A DNA stretch of 9,675 bases from Fonticula alba ATCC 38817. Lineage: Eukaryota > Protista > Nucleariida. The stretch lies in assembly GCA_000388065.2 (NCBI GenBank), contig KB932218.1; one strand, written 5' to 3'. The notes under the pieces are model-generated. The model was given only the letters and a program-made list of their open reading frames with translations, did not search any database and had not been told where the DNA came from. Every line of letters begins with the position of its first letter. Position 1 is the stretch's first letter. Below, piece by piece: positions 8,063 to 9,675 of the stretch. The position numbers were made by a program, and so were the translations under genes.

Positions 8063-9675
8063 ACCACCACCACCACCACCACCACCACCACCGAGGCTCT
8101 GGTCTGGGACACCGTCGACAGGCAATTCATCGAGGCCTTCCCGAAGCCCATGCACTTGCCCTGGTTCGCCGACCTGGCCCGGGCCCCGCCCGAGGGGGCG
8201 GGCCTTGGGCCGGCCATGTCGACCGGGCCCCACCCGGCCGGCCTGGCCAAGCAGGCGGCCGGCCAGCTGGCCGGCTTGGCAACCTTCCTGTTGGCCATCG
8301 GCGGCCCGATGCCCCCGCCGCCGAGCATCCCCTCCATGTATTCCCGGCCGCTTGGCACTTGCGGCTTCGATGGCCGGCTGCTGGCCGAGCAATCTTACGT
8401 GCAGATCCAATCGTCCCTGCTGGCGGATCTCCTCGTCATTTCCACCGAATGGATGGAGCACTGCCAGGTGCTGGTCATCCCGCTGCCCTATCCCGAAGAG
8501 GAGATCTTCCTCCCGCTCGGGGCCACATCCTCCGACCTGATCAGCACCGCCTTCCGCTTGCAGCGCATCCCGGCCGGCAGCCAGCCCGATGCCCGCCGTG
8601 ATGTCTACCTCCTGCCGGCGGGCTTCCTCAACCTGCACGGGACGGACAGCGACAAGTGCGACTACGTCTTGCTGGAGGTCGGCCCACCGAGCCCGGGGGC
8701 CCTGCCACGGCACACACACGTCAGTCTGATGGGCCTAATGCTGGGCAGTCTGGCGGCCATCCAGCTGGGGTCGGTGCGCGAGGTGGCCGCCTGGCACCCG
8801 GTCGACCAGCCGGGCATCCTCCTGCTCCACATGGATGGCGCATGCGTGTGGGCCCTGGAGCCGGAGGATGTGCACATCACCAACATCGCCATGGCGTCCA
8901 TACTCCAGGGGGAGCACTTCGAGCTGGCCCTCCTCCGTGCGGATGGCCAGGCCGACAGCATTGTCCTGGTCGATGCCACCTGCATCGTCAGGTCGCACGC
9001 CTGCCTCTACGGGCCGGGGCTCTCGGACAACACCGGCAGCAGTGCCGGCGGCAGCGCCGGCGCCAGCGCCAGCGGCAGCAGCGGCGCCAGCGCCAGCGGC
9101 AGCGGCAACACCGGCTCGCGCAATGGCTACGGCTGTGGCATGCACGTCCTCGAGAGCGACCCCATCACGGAGGATGTGATGCTCCAGGTGCACGATCTGA
9201 ATTCCGACAACCTGCTGGACTTTGTGGCCATCTTCCCGGCCTCCGGCCGGGTGGTGGCCTACATGGCGCAGGACAACACCCGGCGGTCCTTCCGCCGGGT
9301 GGTCATCCTCCCGGGCCGGATGGCGGCCGCCACCGGCGCCATCGGCCCCCGGCCGTCGGATGTCTTCATGGCCGATGTCGACCAGGATGGCCACATGGAC
9401 GTGGTGGTGGTGGACCGGTCGGCCGGCGACGAGCAGACCAGCTTCACGGTGTACGGCCGGGCCGACCAGACCGCGGCCTGGTGCCCGCCCGGGGTGACCT
9501 TCGACCCGGTGGCCGGCCGGTGCGCCTGCCCCGGGGCCGGGCGCTTCATCAGCCCGGTGACCGACGAGTGCGAGTGCATCGAGCACGCGGTGCCGGCCGG
9601 GCCGGGCGCCGTGGACTGCATTTGCCCGGCCGGCATGCAGGCCGCCCTGTCGGCGTGCGTCTGCCAGCCGGGGCT
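5637..9675 (+). CDS. Exon 2 (3'-truncated): furin-like repeat, degenerate propeller-like block, Cys-rich block, third FG-GAP-containing block, start of further Cys-rich repeats
   Basis: Translated by hand with no stop from 5639 to 9675. Furin-like CQRCHDTCAACTGPGPGDCRAC (5645); Cys-rich 7034-7489 (CDACPVEGCQLCQGPRCIRCQPG); motifs DLNSDNLLD (9194) and DVDQDGHMD (9374); Cys-rich 9482-end. Small in-frame introns cannot be excluded. Confidence 0.88.
8027..8092 (+). repeat. Compound coding microsatellite (GCC)10(ACC)12 encoding Ala10-Thr12
   Basis: Counted directly in the exon-2 frame. Confidence 0.95.
9028..9115 (+). repeat. Gly/Ser/Ala loop: near-perfect 24-bp tandem duplication (9059-9082, 9083-9106) inside a 10-bp direct repeat CAACACCGGC (9028-9037, 9106-9115)
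   Basis: Encodes NTGSSAGGSAGASASGSSGASASGSGNTG. Confidence 0.85.

Noticed and set aside
7366-8601. 411-aa ORF with a His12 run resembling a metal-binding tag
   Set aside because: It is the shifted reading of (ACC)12; the coding frame gives Thr12.
5846-8719. 957-aa - strand ORF (also 4318-5751, 4752-5849, 8735-9586)
   Set aside because: Antisense shadows of the GC3-biased + strand CDS; no motifs of their own.
3994-9675. Calling the protein an integrin alpha or a receptor kinase
   Set aside because: No thigh/calf region, TM helix, GFFKR motif or kinase motifs are visible in the window; only the ectodomain-like part is present.

Overview
Very GC-rich eukaryotic genomic DNA with spliceosomal GT-AG introns, long C/G homopolymers and one 30-N assembly gap (958-987). 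The style and gene family resemble the amoeba Fonticula alba, but that is an unverified impression. The right 60% is the 5' part of one large + strand gene: ATG 3994, intron 5492-5636, and a second exon still open at 9675 (>=1845 codons). It is missing from the ORF track because of the splice-induced frame change and the absence of a stop in the window. It encodes a signal peptide followed by three tandem blocks of [FG-GAP/integrin-alpha-like Ca-loop region + EGF/furin-like Cys-rich segment], i.e. a large cell-surface or secreted protein whose C-terminus lies outside the window. At the left edge, a - strand two-exon gene of unknown function starts at 557 and runs off the window. Between them, 1044-3400 carries - strand splice signals suggesting another, poorly resolved gene. 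The most striking non-coding structure is a 468-bp symmetric element at 3401-3868, ending 125 bp before the big gene's ATG. It has two 71-bp AT-rich inverted arms (70/71 complementary) and a perfect 30-bp palindrome almost at its centre. No RNA genes, CRISPR arrays or transposase ORFs were seen.
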